Positions 1 to 8,665 of a stretch of 22,709 nucleotides of DNA are shown piece by piece. This DNA is from Candidatus Binatia bacterium (lineage in GTDB: Bacteria > Desulfobacterota > Binatia > Bin18): the NCBI GenBank assembly GCA_963664395.2, contig CAXXIS010000002.1:1-22709 (forward strand). The letters are read 5' to 3'. The notes below the pieces were generated by a model. The model was not told where the DNA came from. It ran no database searches and saw nothing but the letters and a program-made list of their open reading frames with translations. The position numbers and the translations under genes are program-made. Within the stretch, counting starts at the first letter, position 1; each line of letters begins with the position of its first letter.

Positions 1-12
1 TCTTTCCACCTT

Positions 13-753
13 TCACATTGATGAGAGCTTGACGGCAGCTTCTTCCGGGTTGGGAAGGGAAAGCGTTTTTTCCGGCAGCAGTATAAAGTCGTCATAGCCC
101 GCCTCTGATACACTGGTCATTGTGTCAGAGTCCGAGAGCACCGCGATGCCCCGGACCTTTCCCGGTTCAAAACCAAAGAGGTCTTTATAGTCCTGGTAGA
201 AATTAATGGTTTCTTGGCGCCATTCACCAGGCTCAGCCGGCCCATGCTGTAAGACTACAACCTTGGCGCGCCAATAAACCGGACTGTCGAAACGCGAGCC
301 AATCGCGAGCGTCGAGCTCCAGACGTATTTAATCGCCCGCGGCACGAGGCGGCTACCAAAAATGACGTAGACGGCCGCGGCTGAATCATTCGTCTTTCTT
401 GCCCGTTCGTTGGCGCCAAGAGGCAGTTTGGTTGCGCGCCAGCGCCAGCGCAAAATGGGATAGTCTTGTGGCTTAAATGTATATTCCAGACCGATCTGGA
501 CATCCTGGTTGTTGGCATAGGCATGCAGAAACCGATTGCCGTCTTCCTCGGCAATGTGGTAGACGGCCTGCGCAGTCGCTGCGTTGCCACGCACCTTCCA
601 GCCCGACGGGAAGACACCGGTCGGGTATTGCTGAAAGGTCTCCTGAAAGGGTGTCGAGCCCCGGGGTGTCTGCGCCCGCCCATCATCAGGGTCGGCCGCT
701 CTGGGGGCCAACACGCATGCGAGCAGGAATGCCGTGAACCACGCAACACGCAC
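13..753 (-). CDS. DUF3047 domain-containing exported protein (~246 aa)
   Basis: Motifs YPILRWRWRATKLPLGANE, NDSAAAVYVIF, AIKYVWSS, W-x-x-E-x-INFYQDYKDLFG and IAVLSDSD are typical of DUF3047. The ORF track start (1104) overlaps the divergent gene. GTG at 753 has GGAGG 5 nt upstream and is followed by a signal-peptide-like segment (RVAWFTAFLLACVLA). Confidence 0.8.
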   Translation of the reverse strand: MRVAWFTAFLLACVLAPRAADPDDGRAQTPRGSTPFQETFQQYPTGVFPSGWKVRGNAATAQAVYHIAEEDGNRFLHAYANNQDVQIGLEYTFKPQDYPILRWRWRATKLPLGANERARKTNDSAAAVYVIFGSRLVPRAIKYVWSSTLAIGSRFDSPVYWRAKVVVLQHGPAEPGEWRQETINFYQDYKDLFGFEPGKVRGIAVLSDSDTMTSVSEAGYDDFILLPEKTLSLPNPEEAAVKLSSM

Positions 754-987
754 TCTCACCTCCCCCAACCCTCTCTTGCTGACCGAGCCGGGTCCGAACC
801 GTCTCAAATAAACCATTGCGGATAGGAGCATCGATAGAGGAAGGACCTTCGGAGTGCAAGCCCGAAAAGGATGGCCGCTCTTTCGTGGCATTGGCACGTC
901 TCCCCGGACTATGCTACCCAGGCGGTACGCTATGCTGTTTAAGAATAAGCAAAGACCTGTTTGGGCTTTTTCGGGAGGCTGTCGCAC

Positions 988-1959
988 ATGGAAATTCTTG
1001 CAGAGGGGCAGGGCGCATACTTTCCACCTGACCCGGATGGATTCCGCGCCTGGGTGAGGGACAACAAGCCTCGGACGCTCGTGCCTAAAATGCTGAACGA
1101 GCACGAGGCCATTGAGCAGTTTGTCTCTGATGGGGATTATCTGGCGTATGACTGCAACTACTTCCAGCGCGGCCCGAGTTCGCTAATCCGCGAGATTATT
1201 CGCCAACAGAAAAAGGATCTGTGGATCTGTGGGAAATTCACTTATGTCGCGCTCGCGCTGCTTGTCGAAGGCGGCTGTGCCACCAGGGCGGATATTGGTT
1301 TTGTCGGTTTTGGCCCGTGGTTGTCCAAAGCCGTCGCCACCGGTCGCCTCCAAACCTATGAGTACTCAAATGTAGTGATGACCTATCGGCTGCAGGCAGG
1401 CGCGCAGGGTTTGCCGTTTATTGGCGTGCGCTCGTTTGGTGGGACCGAGGGCTTTCCCCAATCCGGGGCCAAGTTGGTCACAGACCCGTTTTCGGGCAAG
1501 CCGGTTGTTCTGCTACCGGCGCTGAACCCGGATGTTTCGATCATCCATGTGCATCAGGCCGACGTGTACGGTAATGCCCGCGTCTTTGGCACTGGGATCT
1601 CTCATGTTGATTGTGCCCTGGCGTCCAAAAAGGTCATTGTGTCCGCCGAAGAGATCATCGAAACGGACGAATTTCGGCGCGACCCGGCCCGGACCTCAAT
1701 CCCTCATTTTACGGTCGATGCGGTCGTGCATGCGCCGTTTGGTGCGTATCCGGGGACCGTCCAAGGACGCTATGCCTCCGATGTCCAGCATGTGGTCGAG
1801 TGTTTCGGCGGGACCATGCGCGGCGACCTGCAACCCTATCTTGAAAAATGGGTGTACGGTGTGGACTCGCACGACGAAATGCTGGAAAAGCGCGTCGGGT
1901 GGAAAAAACTCCAGGAGTTACAACGACGCGAAACCATTCGGGAGGGATACTCGATATGA
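988..1959 (+). CDS. Family I CoA-transferase subunit A (glutaconate CoA-transferase GctA-like)
   Basis: Motifs LIREIIRQ, EYSN...YRLQAGAQGLPF, DPFSG, PALNPDVSIIHVHQADVYGNA, VIVSAEEI and VDAVVHAPFGAYP. ATG at 988 follows GGGAGG. Confidence 0.9.
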   Translation: MEILAEGQGAYFPPDPDGFRAWVRDNKPRTLVPKMLNEHEAIEQFVSDGDYLAYDCNYFQRGPSSLIREIIRQQKKDLWICGKFTYVALALLVEGGCATRADIGFVGFGPWLSKAVATGRLQTYEYSNVVMTYRLQAGAQGLPFIGVRSFGGTEGFPQSGAKLVTDPFSGKPVVLLPALNPDVSIIHVHQADVYGNARVFGTGISHVDCALASKKVIVSAEEIIETDEFRRDPARTSIPHFTVDAVVHAPFGAYPGTVQGRYASDVQHVVECFGGTMRGDLQPYLEKWVYGVDSHDEMLEKRVGWKKLQELQRRETIREGYSI

Positions 1960-2807
1960 CACCGGCCACACATTTTGCGGAACGAGAACATTTGATCTGT
2001 ACCGTTTCGCGGGTCATTGAAGAAGAAAAAAGCTATTGGGTCGGCGGTGGCGGAGAGCCCTTATACAGCATTTTGCTGGCCCAGCGGCTGTACGCCTCAG
2101 GCGTCCAGTACATGACCGAGGATGGCGTGATTGCCCCGCAGTCCATGATGCCCTGGGACCCGCTGATGACCATGGTGGCTTCCCGGGCCGGCTACCGCGC
2201 CCTCCAGTGGGGAACGATGAATACTGCGGGGAATTTTGCCCAGCTCGGCTATGTCGATGTCGGCATCCTCAACACCCTACAGGTGGACCGCTACGGTAAT
2301 ATCAATTCGACCGTCTTGGGGGAATACGAAGGCGGCCAGGGCCGGCGTTTTGGCGGGCCAGGTGGAGCCGATACTATTGCAGCCCAATGCTGGCGCACAA
2401 TTCTGATGACCGACCAACAAAAGCGTAAATTCCCTGAACGGGTGGACTTTATTTCATCACCGGGCTTTCTCGACGGACCAGGGGCTCGCGAGGCAAACGG
2501 CCTGCCAGCGGGAACCGGTCCGTGGCGCGTGTTCACCCCGTGGGCGATGTTTGGCTATGAAGAAAAGTCGTGCGAGCTGATGCTTATGGCTGTTTCACCG
2601 TTTGTCACGGTTGATATGGTCCTGGCCGAGATGTCCTTTGAGCCGAAAATAGCCCCAACCATTGAAACGCTTGATCCACCCATGGAAGAAGAGTTGGAGA
2701 TCATCCGCACCCAGCTTGATACAGATGGACAAACAACGGGTCGCGGACAGTGGATTGAAAAACGGGACGGCAAATACGTCTTTGCCGAAACGCAGGGACG
2801 CGAGTAA
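1956..2807 (+). CDS. Family I CoA-transferase subunit B (GctB-like)
   Basis: ATGA overlap with the subunit A stop. Candidate catalytic Glu in YMTEDG; QVDRYGNINST, GPGGADTIA and FPERVDFISSPG motifs. Confidence 0.9.
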   Translation: MTPATHFAEREHLICTVSRVIEEEKSYWVGGGGEPLYSILLAQRLYASGVQYMTEDGVIAPQSMMPWDPLMTMVASRAGYRALQWGTMNTAGNFAQLGYVDVGILNTLQVDRYGNINSTVLGEYEGGQGRRFGGPGGADTIAAQCWRTILMTDQQKRKFPERVDFISSPGFLDGPGAREANGLPAGTGPWRVFTPWAMFGYEEKSCELMLMAVSPFVTVDMVLAEMSFEPKIAPTIETLDPPMEEELEIIRTQLDTDGQTTGRGQWIEKRDGKYVFAETQGRE

Positions 2808-2887
2808 GGGGCTTCAAAGTCTTTGAGTCTGTATCTTGATGGTGTCCAGGGGTGCTGTAGCCCTTTTCTTTTCCCCTCCTCTTTGCC

Positions 2888-3376
2888 TTACCCCTTGTCT
2901 CCTCTCATACTATCAATATTCTGGCCTGTTTCTTCAGCCCATTGTTGAGTAATTTTTTCTAACGTTGCTGCCTTTGCATTCGTCAGACTGCGGACAAAGC
3001 GTACCACTTTCGTGTGTCGCCTGATGGGAAGCCTTTTATGCGCTGGCGTTGACTCAAAGGGAAAAAATATCTCACGATACAGTGCAGCTACGATTTTACG
3101 GGTTTGTTTCTTGTCAATATTGCCCCAGCACCAGCGGAAAAATTCTTGGAGTTGCACTACGAGGAGGCCGAAGAAGAAAGCTTCTATCCATTCCCTGGAC
3201 GACATATTTTGTCGTCCACCAGGTAGCTCGCTCCTCTTTGCCACCTTCTTCTTGGCTACTACTTTTTTCTTGGCTACCGGCTTCTTTACGGTCGTGGTAC
3301 GTGTTGTTTTTGGTGGTGTTACCTTTTTTTTCAGGCGAACTGTTGGTTTCTGCTCCTTTTGCGCCTTCCTCGCCAT
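2888..3376 (-). CDS. Hypothetical protein with Lys-rich, histone-H1-like N-terminus (162 aa)
   Basis: Open frame with KKPVAKKKVVAKKKVAK repeats, then a helical-looking region with no recognised family. AT-richer than neighbours. A good extended -10 lies just upstream. Confidence 0.55.
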   Translation of the reverse strand: MARKAQKEQKPTVRLKKKVTPPKTTRTTTVKKPVAKKKVVAKKKVAKRSELPGGRQNMSSREWIEAFFFGLLVVQLQEFFRWCWGNIDKKQTRKIVAALYREIFFPFESTPAHKRLPIRRHTKVVRFVRSLTNAKAATLEKITQQWAEETGQNIDSMRGDKG

Positions 3377-3382
3377 CCCCGT

Positions 3383-3410
3383 ATCATACCAAGACTTCCC
3401 CTTACGTCCA
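3383..3410 (-). promoter_or_regulatory. Putative sigma70 promoter for a leaderless transcript of 2888-3376
   Basis: Minus strand reads TGGACG-16 nt-TATGAT with an extended TG (TGG TATGAT). The -10 ends 6 nt before the ATG at 3376. Confidence 0.5.
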
Positions 3411-3470
3411 TCATTTTCTGGAATGGGCTGCTAATTTTTCTCTGCAATATATGCCTTCGTTGATCTGTTT

Positions 3471-3562
3471 TGGGGAGAAGTCTTTTTACAACAGTGACTT
3501 AAAAAGTACACAACGAAGCTCTAGTGTGCGTTTTCCCACGGAAGCAAAATGACTTCTCCCCA
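3471..3562. repeat. 92-bp element bounded by 17-bp inverted repeats (structured RNA or MITE-like)
   Basis: Left arm TGGGGAGAAGTCTTTTT (3471-3487) vs reverse complement of 3546-3562, TGGGGAGAAGTCATTTT: 16/17 match. Two small internal hairpins. Confidence 0.65.
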
Positions 3563-3638
3563 GGGAAAGGCTGCTCTCTACGTCATGACGGAGGAGTATA
3601 GGCGAGGTGGACTTCCCACTGGAATCGGGGATGAGGGA

Positions 3639-4709
3639 CTAGTCGCATCCAGACGAAGCAGCAGGAGTCTCCACCCGTTGGGAGCCAGGGGCCGGTAGAC
3701 CACACGCTTCGGCGATGAGTTCATAGGAGCGCACACGCTTGGAAAAATCATAACAAATCGTCACAATGCCGAGGTCGGTGGTCTGAAACACCTCGGCCAA
3801 GTGTTCGAGTTGCTCTTTCACCTGCTGCGGGTCGCCGTCAACATTGGCGCGACGGTATTGCTCCAGATAGGCCAGTTCGTCAGCGCTATACGGATAAGCG
3901 CGTGCTTCTTCAGGCGTGGGGACCCCCCGCCGACGGCCACGGATGATGTTCAGCCGCACCATGTTTCTGCTTGCCGACAGATAGTGCGCCTCTTCTGCGG
4001 TCTCCGCACATAGAGCCTGAACCGTCACATTGACCTTGGGCTCAGCTAAAAACTCTGAAGGACGAAAGTGCTGTCGGTAGCTCTCAACAATAGCCGGACC
4101 ATGCTGGACGCCCATACCGAAGAAATAGGCATAGCTGAACGGCAGACCCCGCTCAGCCGCAATAAGGGCCGAGTCAATGCCCGAACCAAGCAACCAAACG
4201 TCCGGTGTGGTGCCCGCTGTTGGTCCGGCATGCACATCGGCAAAACGGTGCTCTGGAGGGAGATCATCTGCGAGGTAGGCGATCAGGTCGTTGACCTGTT
4301 CCGGGTAATACCGAATATCGCGGGGTTGGCCGGGGTAGGAGAGCGCACCCGCGGTTCGTTGATCGCTCCCGGGCGCGCGGCCAAGGCCGAGGTCTATGCG
4401 GCCGGGATAAAAAGATTCAAGGACGCGGAATATCTCGGCAACTTTGAGGGCGCTGTAGTGGGACAGCATCACGCCGCCGCTACCGACTCGAATATGTTGT
4501 GTACGGGCTGCAATCTGGCCGATCACTATTTCCGGGCTGGTACCGGCGAAACTGGGCAAATTGTGATGCTCTGCAACCCAGAAACGTTCATATCCGAATT
4601 TTTCCACCGCCTCGGCAAGGGCGACCGTCTCCCGCAACGCTTGGGCGGCTGTTCCCCCTTGTCGGACAGGAGACTGATCCGCCACACTCAAGTGCAGTTG
4701 TTGTGCCAT
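3639..4709 (-). CDS. LLM class flavin-dependent oxidoreductase (luciferase-like monooxygenase, YhbW-like group)
   Basis: LSVADQSP, GYERFWVAEHHN, IRVGSGGVMLSHYSALKVAE, PGRIDLGLGRAPGSD and VWLLGSG motifs. Confidence 0.93.
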   Translation of the reverse strand: MAQQLHLSVADQSPVRQGGTAAQALRETVALAEAVEKFGYERFWVAEHHNLPSFAGTSPEIVIGQIAARTQHIRVGSGGVMLSHYSALKVAEIFRVLESFYPGRIDLGLGRAPGSDQRTAGALSYPGQPRDIRYYPEQVNDLIAYLADDLPPEHRFADVHAGPTAGTTPDVWLLGSGIDSALIAAERGLPFSYAYFFGMGVQHGPAIVESYRQHFRPSEFLAEPKVNVTVQALCAETAEEAHYLSASRNMVRLNIIRGRRRGVPTPEEARAYPYSADELAYLEQYRRANVDGDPQQVKEQLEHLAEVFQTTDLGIVTICYDFSKRVRSYELIAEACGLPAPGSQRVETPAASSGCD

Positions 4710-4714
4710 AGCTT

Positions 4715-4744
4715 AAAAAAAGGGCAGCCCCATGGGACTGCCCC
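4715..4744 (-). terminator. Rho-independent terminator downstream of the esterase
   Basis: Minus strand GGGCAGTCC-CATG-GGGCTGCCC hairpin followed by 7 T. Confidence 0.7.
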
Positions 4745-4769
4745 TGCTGTCGTGTCTCCGAAGAAAATT

Positions 4770-5654
4770 TTATGCCGTACGTTCCTTAAAAAACGCACCA
4801 ATCTCTTCAATAGCCTGCCGGCCTTCGGGAAGAATCGGCGCAAACAAATGCCACACATGCGGCATTTCGTCCCAGATTTTCAGCGTCACATCCACGTCTG
4901 CTTTGCGGGCTCGTTCTGTGATTCTTGTGGCGTCGTCCAACAAGGTCTCTGAATCACCGACCTGGATAAGCAATGGCGGCAGGCCCGCAAGATTGGCATG
5001 CAGCGGGGCCGCCAGCGGGTTTTTCGGGTCCGCACCGCCCAAATACAGCTTGGCCATACCGAGCAGGCCTTCCTTCTGGACAACAGGATCGACCGCCGCC
5101 CGCGTGGTCATCGACTCTCCCGTTCCTTCCATATCGACCCAGGGCGAAATACCAATGCCCGCGGCCGGCACAGGCTCCCCGGCGTCACGGATAGCGATGA
5201 GTGCGGCAAGAGCGAGGCCGCCACCAGCCGAGTCTCCTGCAATAGCAATGTTTGAGGCCTGAATACCTTGTCCGAGCAACCAACGGTAAGCTGCCACGGA
5301 ATCATCCACCGGAGCGGGGAAGGGATGCTCGGGGGCCAGACGATAGTTGAGGGAGAGCACGCGGGCGCCAGATGCCTGGGATAGGCGGCCAGTCATGTCG
5401 CGGTGGGACCCGGCGGAGCCCATCACATAGCCGCCACCATGGACATACAAGATGACCTTATCCTGGTCAGCGCCATCGGCAACACTCCATTCGGCAGACA
5501 CCCCACCAGCTTCAACCGGGGTACACGTCACGCCAGCCGGGGCGGGTGCTTCTATCATGATCGCGCGCATGGCGTTGATATCTTTTGCCTCGGCCATCTT
5601 CGCCCCCATCTCTTTGAACATATCGAGGGTCTGTTGTAGTTGCGGACTTGCCAT
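4770..5654 (-). CDS. Alpha/beta hydrolase, hormone-sensitive lipase family esterase (Abhydrolase_3; lactone hydrolase-like)
   Basis: HGGG oxyanion motif, YRLAPEHPFPA, GDSAGG nucleophile, QVGDSETLLDD and MPHVW. ATG at 5654 follows AAGGAGG. Confidence 0.93.
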   Translation of the reverse strand: MASPQLQQTLDMFKEMGAKMAEAKDINAMRAIMIEAPAPAGVTCTPVEAGGVSAEWSVADGADQDKVILYVHGGGYVMGSAGSHRDMTGRLSQASGARVLSLNYRLAPEHPFPAPVDDSVAAYRWLLGQGIQASNIAIAGDSAGGGLALAALIAIRDAGEPVPAAGIGISPWVDMEGTGESMTTRAAVDPVVQKEGLLGMAKLYLGGADPKNPLAAPLHANLAGLPPLLIQVGDSETLLDDATRITERARKADVDVTLKIWDEMPHVWHLFAPILPEGRQAIEEIGAFFKERTA

Positions 5655-5771
5655 AGAGAACCTCCTTTTTTTACAGATCAATCGTCTCGCCGTACTCGAA
5701 GCGTATAACCGGTATAACCCCGGCCGGGTGTTGTCAACTCAAACGAGTAATCGGCAACGGGCCAGGACGCC

Positions 5772-6041
5772 CTAGGCGACCCAGCCGTGCTGAAAGGTGT
5801 GTATCGTGCCGGGCGGATACCACCACTGGCCGGTTTGACATAAGGGACATGTCTTTGGCGTGGACCCGCGTTTATATTCCGGGACACCGGCCATGGCCTG
5901 CACCGCGCCTTCAAAGGTCCCATCCCGGGTGACCTTCTTGGTGAGCAAATAGAGTCCCACGCCACAATCGGGGCAGGACAGGATCGTCCCCGAATTCAAA
6001 AACGGGAACGGAGTAATCTGATCCGGGAAGGGCTGCGACAT
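5772..6041 (-). CDS. Small zinc-ribbon protein (89 aa)
   Basis: CPDC...CPLC pair. ATG at 6041 follows GAGGGG and lies 16 nt after the upstream stop. Confidence 0.7.
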   Translation of the reverse strand: MSQPFPDQITPFPFLNSGTILSCPDCGVGLYLLTKKVTRDGTFEGAVQAMAGVPEYKRGSTPKTCPLCQTGQWWYPPGTIHTFQHGWVA

Positions 6042-6057
6042 GGTCCCCTCCAAATAC

Positions 6058-7332
6058 TCAGACCCGCCGTTGGCGCTGGGCCTGCTGCGCCCGAGCCGCA
6101 AACTCGGACGGCTTCATGATGAGCGAGCCTTTAGATTCTTCCTGTTGGTGTTGCTTTTCTTCCGTGTAGTGCAGGCCGATACTCTGCTGGACCAATCCTT
6201 CACAAAAGGGAATGCCACTGCCGCTCGCTCCCTCCTTTTGGAGCGCCAGAGACACGGCCAGGGCACGTTGGGCTGACTCCAAACGTCCGCTTGCCGCAAA
6301 ATACAGCGCCGTTTCTTCCAGGCGCCGTGCGTAGGTCCGGCCGCTCTCCCCTGAGAACAATTCGGCAACCGCTTCTTTGATGACATCGTTCACCCGGTCT
6401 TTTTGCTGATGCTGGTTCAGCACCAGCGGGCTCTCCTGCGCACTGCTTATCTTTTCGACATAGGGCTTAGCTTGTTCTGCATCAAACAACCACCGCTGCA
6501 TTTCCGGCTCTTCGGCAAGCTGAGTGGACGTTACAAGTAGATTTTCGTCGGCAGCGATTGCCTGCCGATCCAAACTATCCAGCAGCGGAACTGTTTGGGG
6601 TAAAGAGTAAACGTGTCCAGCTTTGTCTGAACGATTGGAGGACACGTTTACTCTTTCTGGCGGTGTGGTGAAAACAAAAGACCGAACCGCCGGGTAGGAT
6701 TCAACTTCTTTTCTGTCTTGTGCCTTGGCCCGTTCATAGCCTTCCTGCATCAGGAAATCGCAGTACCGCCACGGCGCTTCAATCAGAGTCAGTCCGCTAT
6801 TAGCGCTCAAATCCTGAAGCGCCTGACGCAAAACTTTGCGCGAGATTTCCGTGCCTTCAATGTAGCGCATCCCTTCTGGTTCGTTGATCAGCGAAGACAA
6901 GAAATGCAGCCCGCCGCCAACGCGTGCCTTCACTATCCAAACGAGGCGATCTCCTCGCCCATCCATTGAGGATATATAGCCTTCCGGTTCAATCGGGGTG
7001 AGAATGGATTTGCCCGTTCCCTTTTGCGGCCGCTCGGCCCGTATCCCTTTTTGTGACAGGCGATAGAGGGCACGGCTAATCTCTTTATGCAAACGCTTGT
7101 CAGTCGCCTGCTCGATCCAACTCACCAGGAACTGGGCCGACTCTACCGTCCGGACGTCGCCCAGGAATGCGGCCAGGGCCAGGTCGGCGTCAGCATGCTG
7201 TCCTATGCGCTCATGCAGGCTGGCAATATCCAGGCTGCTGTCCTGTCCGGCAGGGGGCTGAATGCCCCATTCTTCCAGCACTTTTTTGCCTTGTACCAGG
7301 CGAGGGTCGCGCTTCGCACTTTTTTTTGCCAT
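6058..7332 (-). CDS. Hypothetical protein (424 aa, predicted alpha-helical), family not identified
   Basis: Long ORF with GGAGGA RBS and an upstream promoter. Contains RALYRLSQKGI, DGRGDRLVW and ESPLVL segments; no catalytic motif recognised. Confidence 0.85.
   Translation of the reverse strand: MAKKSAKRDPRLVQGKKVLEEWGIQPPAGQDSSLDIASLHERIGQHADADLALAAFLGDVRTVESAQFLVSWIEQATDKRLHKEISRALYRLSQKGIRAERPQKGTGKSILTPIEPEGYISSMDGRGDRLVWIVKARVGGGLHFLSSLINEPEGMRYIEGTEISRKVLRQALQDLSANSGLTLIEAPWRYCDFLMQEGYERAKAQDRKEVESYPAVRSFVFTTPPERVNVSSNRSDKAGHVYSLPQTVPLLDSLDRQAIAADENLLVTSTQLAEEPEMQRWLFDAEQAKPYVEKISSAQESPLVLNQHQQKDRVNDVIKEAVAELFSGESGRTYARRLEETALYFAASGRLESAQRALAVSLALQKEGASGSGIPFCEGLVQQSIGLHYTEEKQHQQEESKGSLIMKPSEFAARAQQAQRQRRV
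6602..6656. repeat. Perfect 17-bp palindromic (REP/RPE-like) element inside a CDS
   Basis: AAAGAGTAAACGTGTCC (6602-6618) + 21-nt spacer + GGACACGTTTACTCTTT (6640-6656), an exact reverse complement. Confidence 0.8.
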
Positions 7333-7356
7333 GTATTCCTCCCCAGGGCTGCACGC

Positions 7357-7386
7357 AGCTTATCCAGCCAGCTCCTTGACTGTCAA
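7357..7386 (-). promoter_or_regulatory. Putative sigma70 promoter of 6058-7332
   Basis: Minus strand TTGACA-18 nt-TAAGCT. The -35 is part of the palindrome TTGAC-T-GTCAA (7376-7386). Confidence 0.5.
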
Positions 7387-7462
7387 CTGGATTCGCTTCC
7401 GCCCCGGTCTAGCCCGCCTAGGGTATTGTTGTTAGGTAGGGTGCACGGAGGTAGAGGCTACG

Positions 7463-8644
7463 GTGGCGACAGCACGTTTTTGCCCACAGTGCGGGACGAA
7501 GACTATCCCCAAGGCACATTTCTGTACGGATTGTGGGGAACCACTTTCAGACGCAGGGAGCAAGGCCGGAGGGAAGAAGGCCAAGGGATCAGCCGCCACA
7601 ACAGCTACGGTCGAACAGCGGCTGCCGCTCCCCGGCATCATCGTTTTGTCCTTATATCTCCTCGTCGGCATCGGACTCTGGGTGTTTGTCCTTCGGACAG
7701 AGCCTTTCACCCCGACCCCGACCGGTTCCACTCAAGCCAGCACGGGCGGTTCGGCCCTGCCTCAGAATCATCCCGAGGTTGCCTTGCCTGAGGAGGTGAA
7801 GAGTCGTATCGCGGAACTGGTTGCCCAAGCCAATGCCGCCCCACAAGATCCCAGTGCGTGGCGGACCCTGGCTGAAGTCCAGTTCCGGGCGTCGCAGCTG
7901 GATGCCAGCTACCGCAGTGCGGCCCTGGCCTCGTATCGCAAGCTGTTTGAACTTGCGCCGAGCGACCTGGATGCTCTCCGCGGCTTGGGGAATGTGTACT
8001 ACGACCTTGAGGAATATCAAACGGCTATTGAGTATTATCAGCGCTATTTAACGGTGAAACCGGATGATGCCAGCGTGACGACCGACCTCGGGACCATGTA
8101 CCTCTACACCGGCCAGGTCGACCAAGCCATTGCTTCATATCAATCCGTCTTGGCCAAGCAGCCAGGCTTCTTTCAGGCGCATTTCAACCTGGGGGTTGCC
8201 TACCAGGAGAAGGGCCTGCCCGACCAAGCGGCCGCCTCATTACAGCAGGCCAAGAGTCTGACGGATAACACTGATATTCAGGCCCGCATTGACCAGCTCC
8301 TGGCGCAATTCTCAAACGGGACGATCCCATCCCGAACGGCTTCGACACCGAATCCCTTAGCTCCGCCGTTTCGGCAAGCAGTGGAATCGCTCTTTCGCTC
8401 ACATGAAATGATGGCACCCAAAATCGTCCGTATTGAGTGGCCGTCGCAAACCGAGGCCAAGGTGTTCTTTCGCAATTTCCCCATGGCTGGTATGCCTCAG
8501 ACCGTGCGAGACAATTTCAGAAAAAAACTCCATGGCCAAATTACCGACGCCCGGCAAAAAAATGGCATCAGTGGCCTGGTGACCGTTGAGCTTATCGATA
8601 TTGATACCCAGCACGTCATGGAGACTCTCACGACCACTTCATAG
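7463..8644 (+). CDS. Membrane-anchored TPR protein with N-terminal double zinc ribbon
   Basis: CPQC...CTDC, one hydrophobic helix (IIVLSLYLLVGIGLWVFVL), an LPQNHP motif, several TPR units (ALRGLGNVYY, DLGTMYL, AHFNLGVAY) and an unrecognised C-terminal domain of about 90 aa. Confidence 0.88.
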   Translation: MATARFCPQCGTKTIPKAHFCTDCGEPLSDAGSKAGGKKAKGSAATTATVEQRLPLPGIIVLSLYLLVGIGLWVFVLRTEPFTPTPTGSTQASTGGSALPQNHPEVALPEEVKSRIAELVAQANAAPQDPSAWRTLAEVQFRASQLDASYRSAALASYRKLFELAPSDLDALRGLGNVYYDLEEYQTAIEYYQRYLTVKPDDASVTTDLGTMYLYTGQVDQAIASYQSVLAKQPGFFQAHFNLGVAYQEKGLPDQAAASLQQAKSLTDNTDIQARIDQLLAQFSNGTIPSRTASTPNPLAPPFRQAVESLFRSHEMMAPKIVRIEWPSQTEAKVFFRNFPMAGMPQTVRDNFRKKLHGQITDARQKNGISGLVTVELIDIDTQHVMETLTTTS

Positions 8645-8665
8645 AAGAGTAAACGAGTCACGATT

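Noticed and set aside
754-1104. N-terminal extension of the DUF3047 ORF
   Set aside because: Overlaps the divergent CoA-transferase gene and its promoter region; RBS and signal peptide point to 753.
988-2807. IpdAB-type steroid ring-cleaving hydrolase
   Set aside because: The beta subunit keeps the canonical Glu (MTEDG) and no steroid genes are adjacent. Substrate cannot be assigned.
3560-3635. Cobalamin riboswitch suggested by GGGAA and CCACTG-like words
   Set aside because: Other core elements are missing and the orientation does not fit the flanking genes.
4068-4952. 294-aa plus-strand ORF (likewise 15609-16517 and 8759-9382)
   Set aside because: Antisense to well-supported genes; no recognisable motifs.
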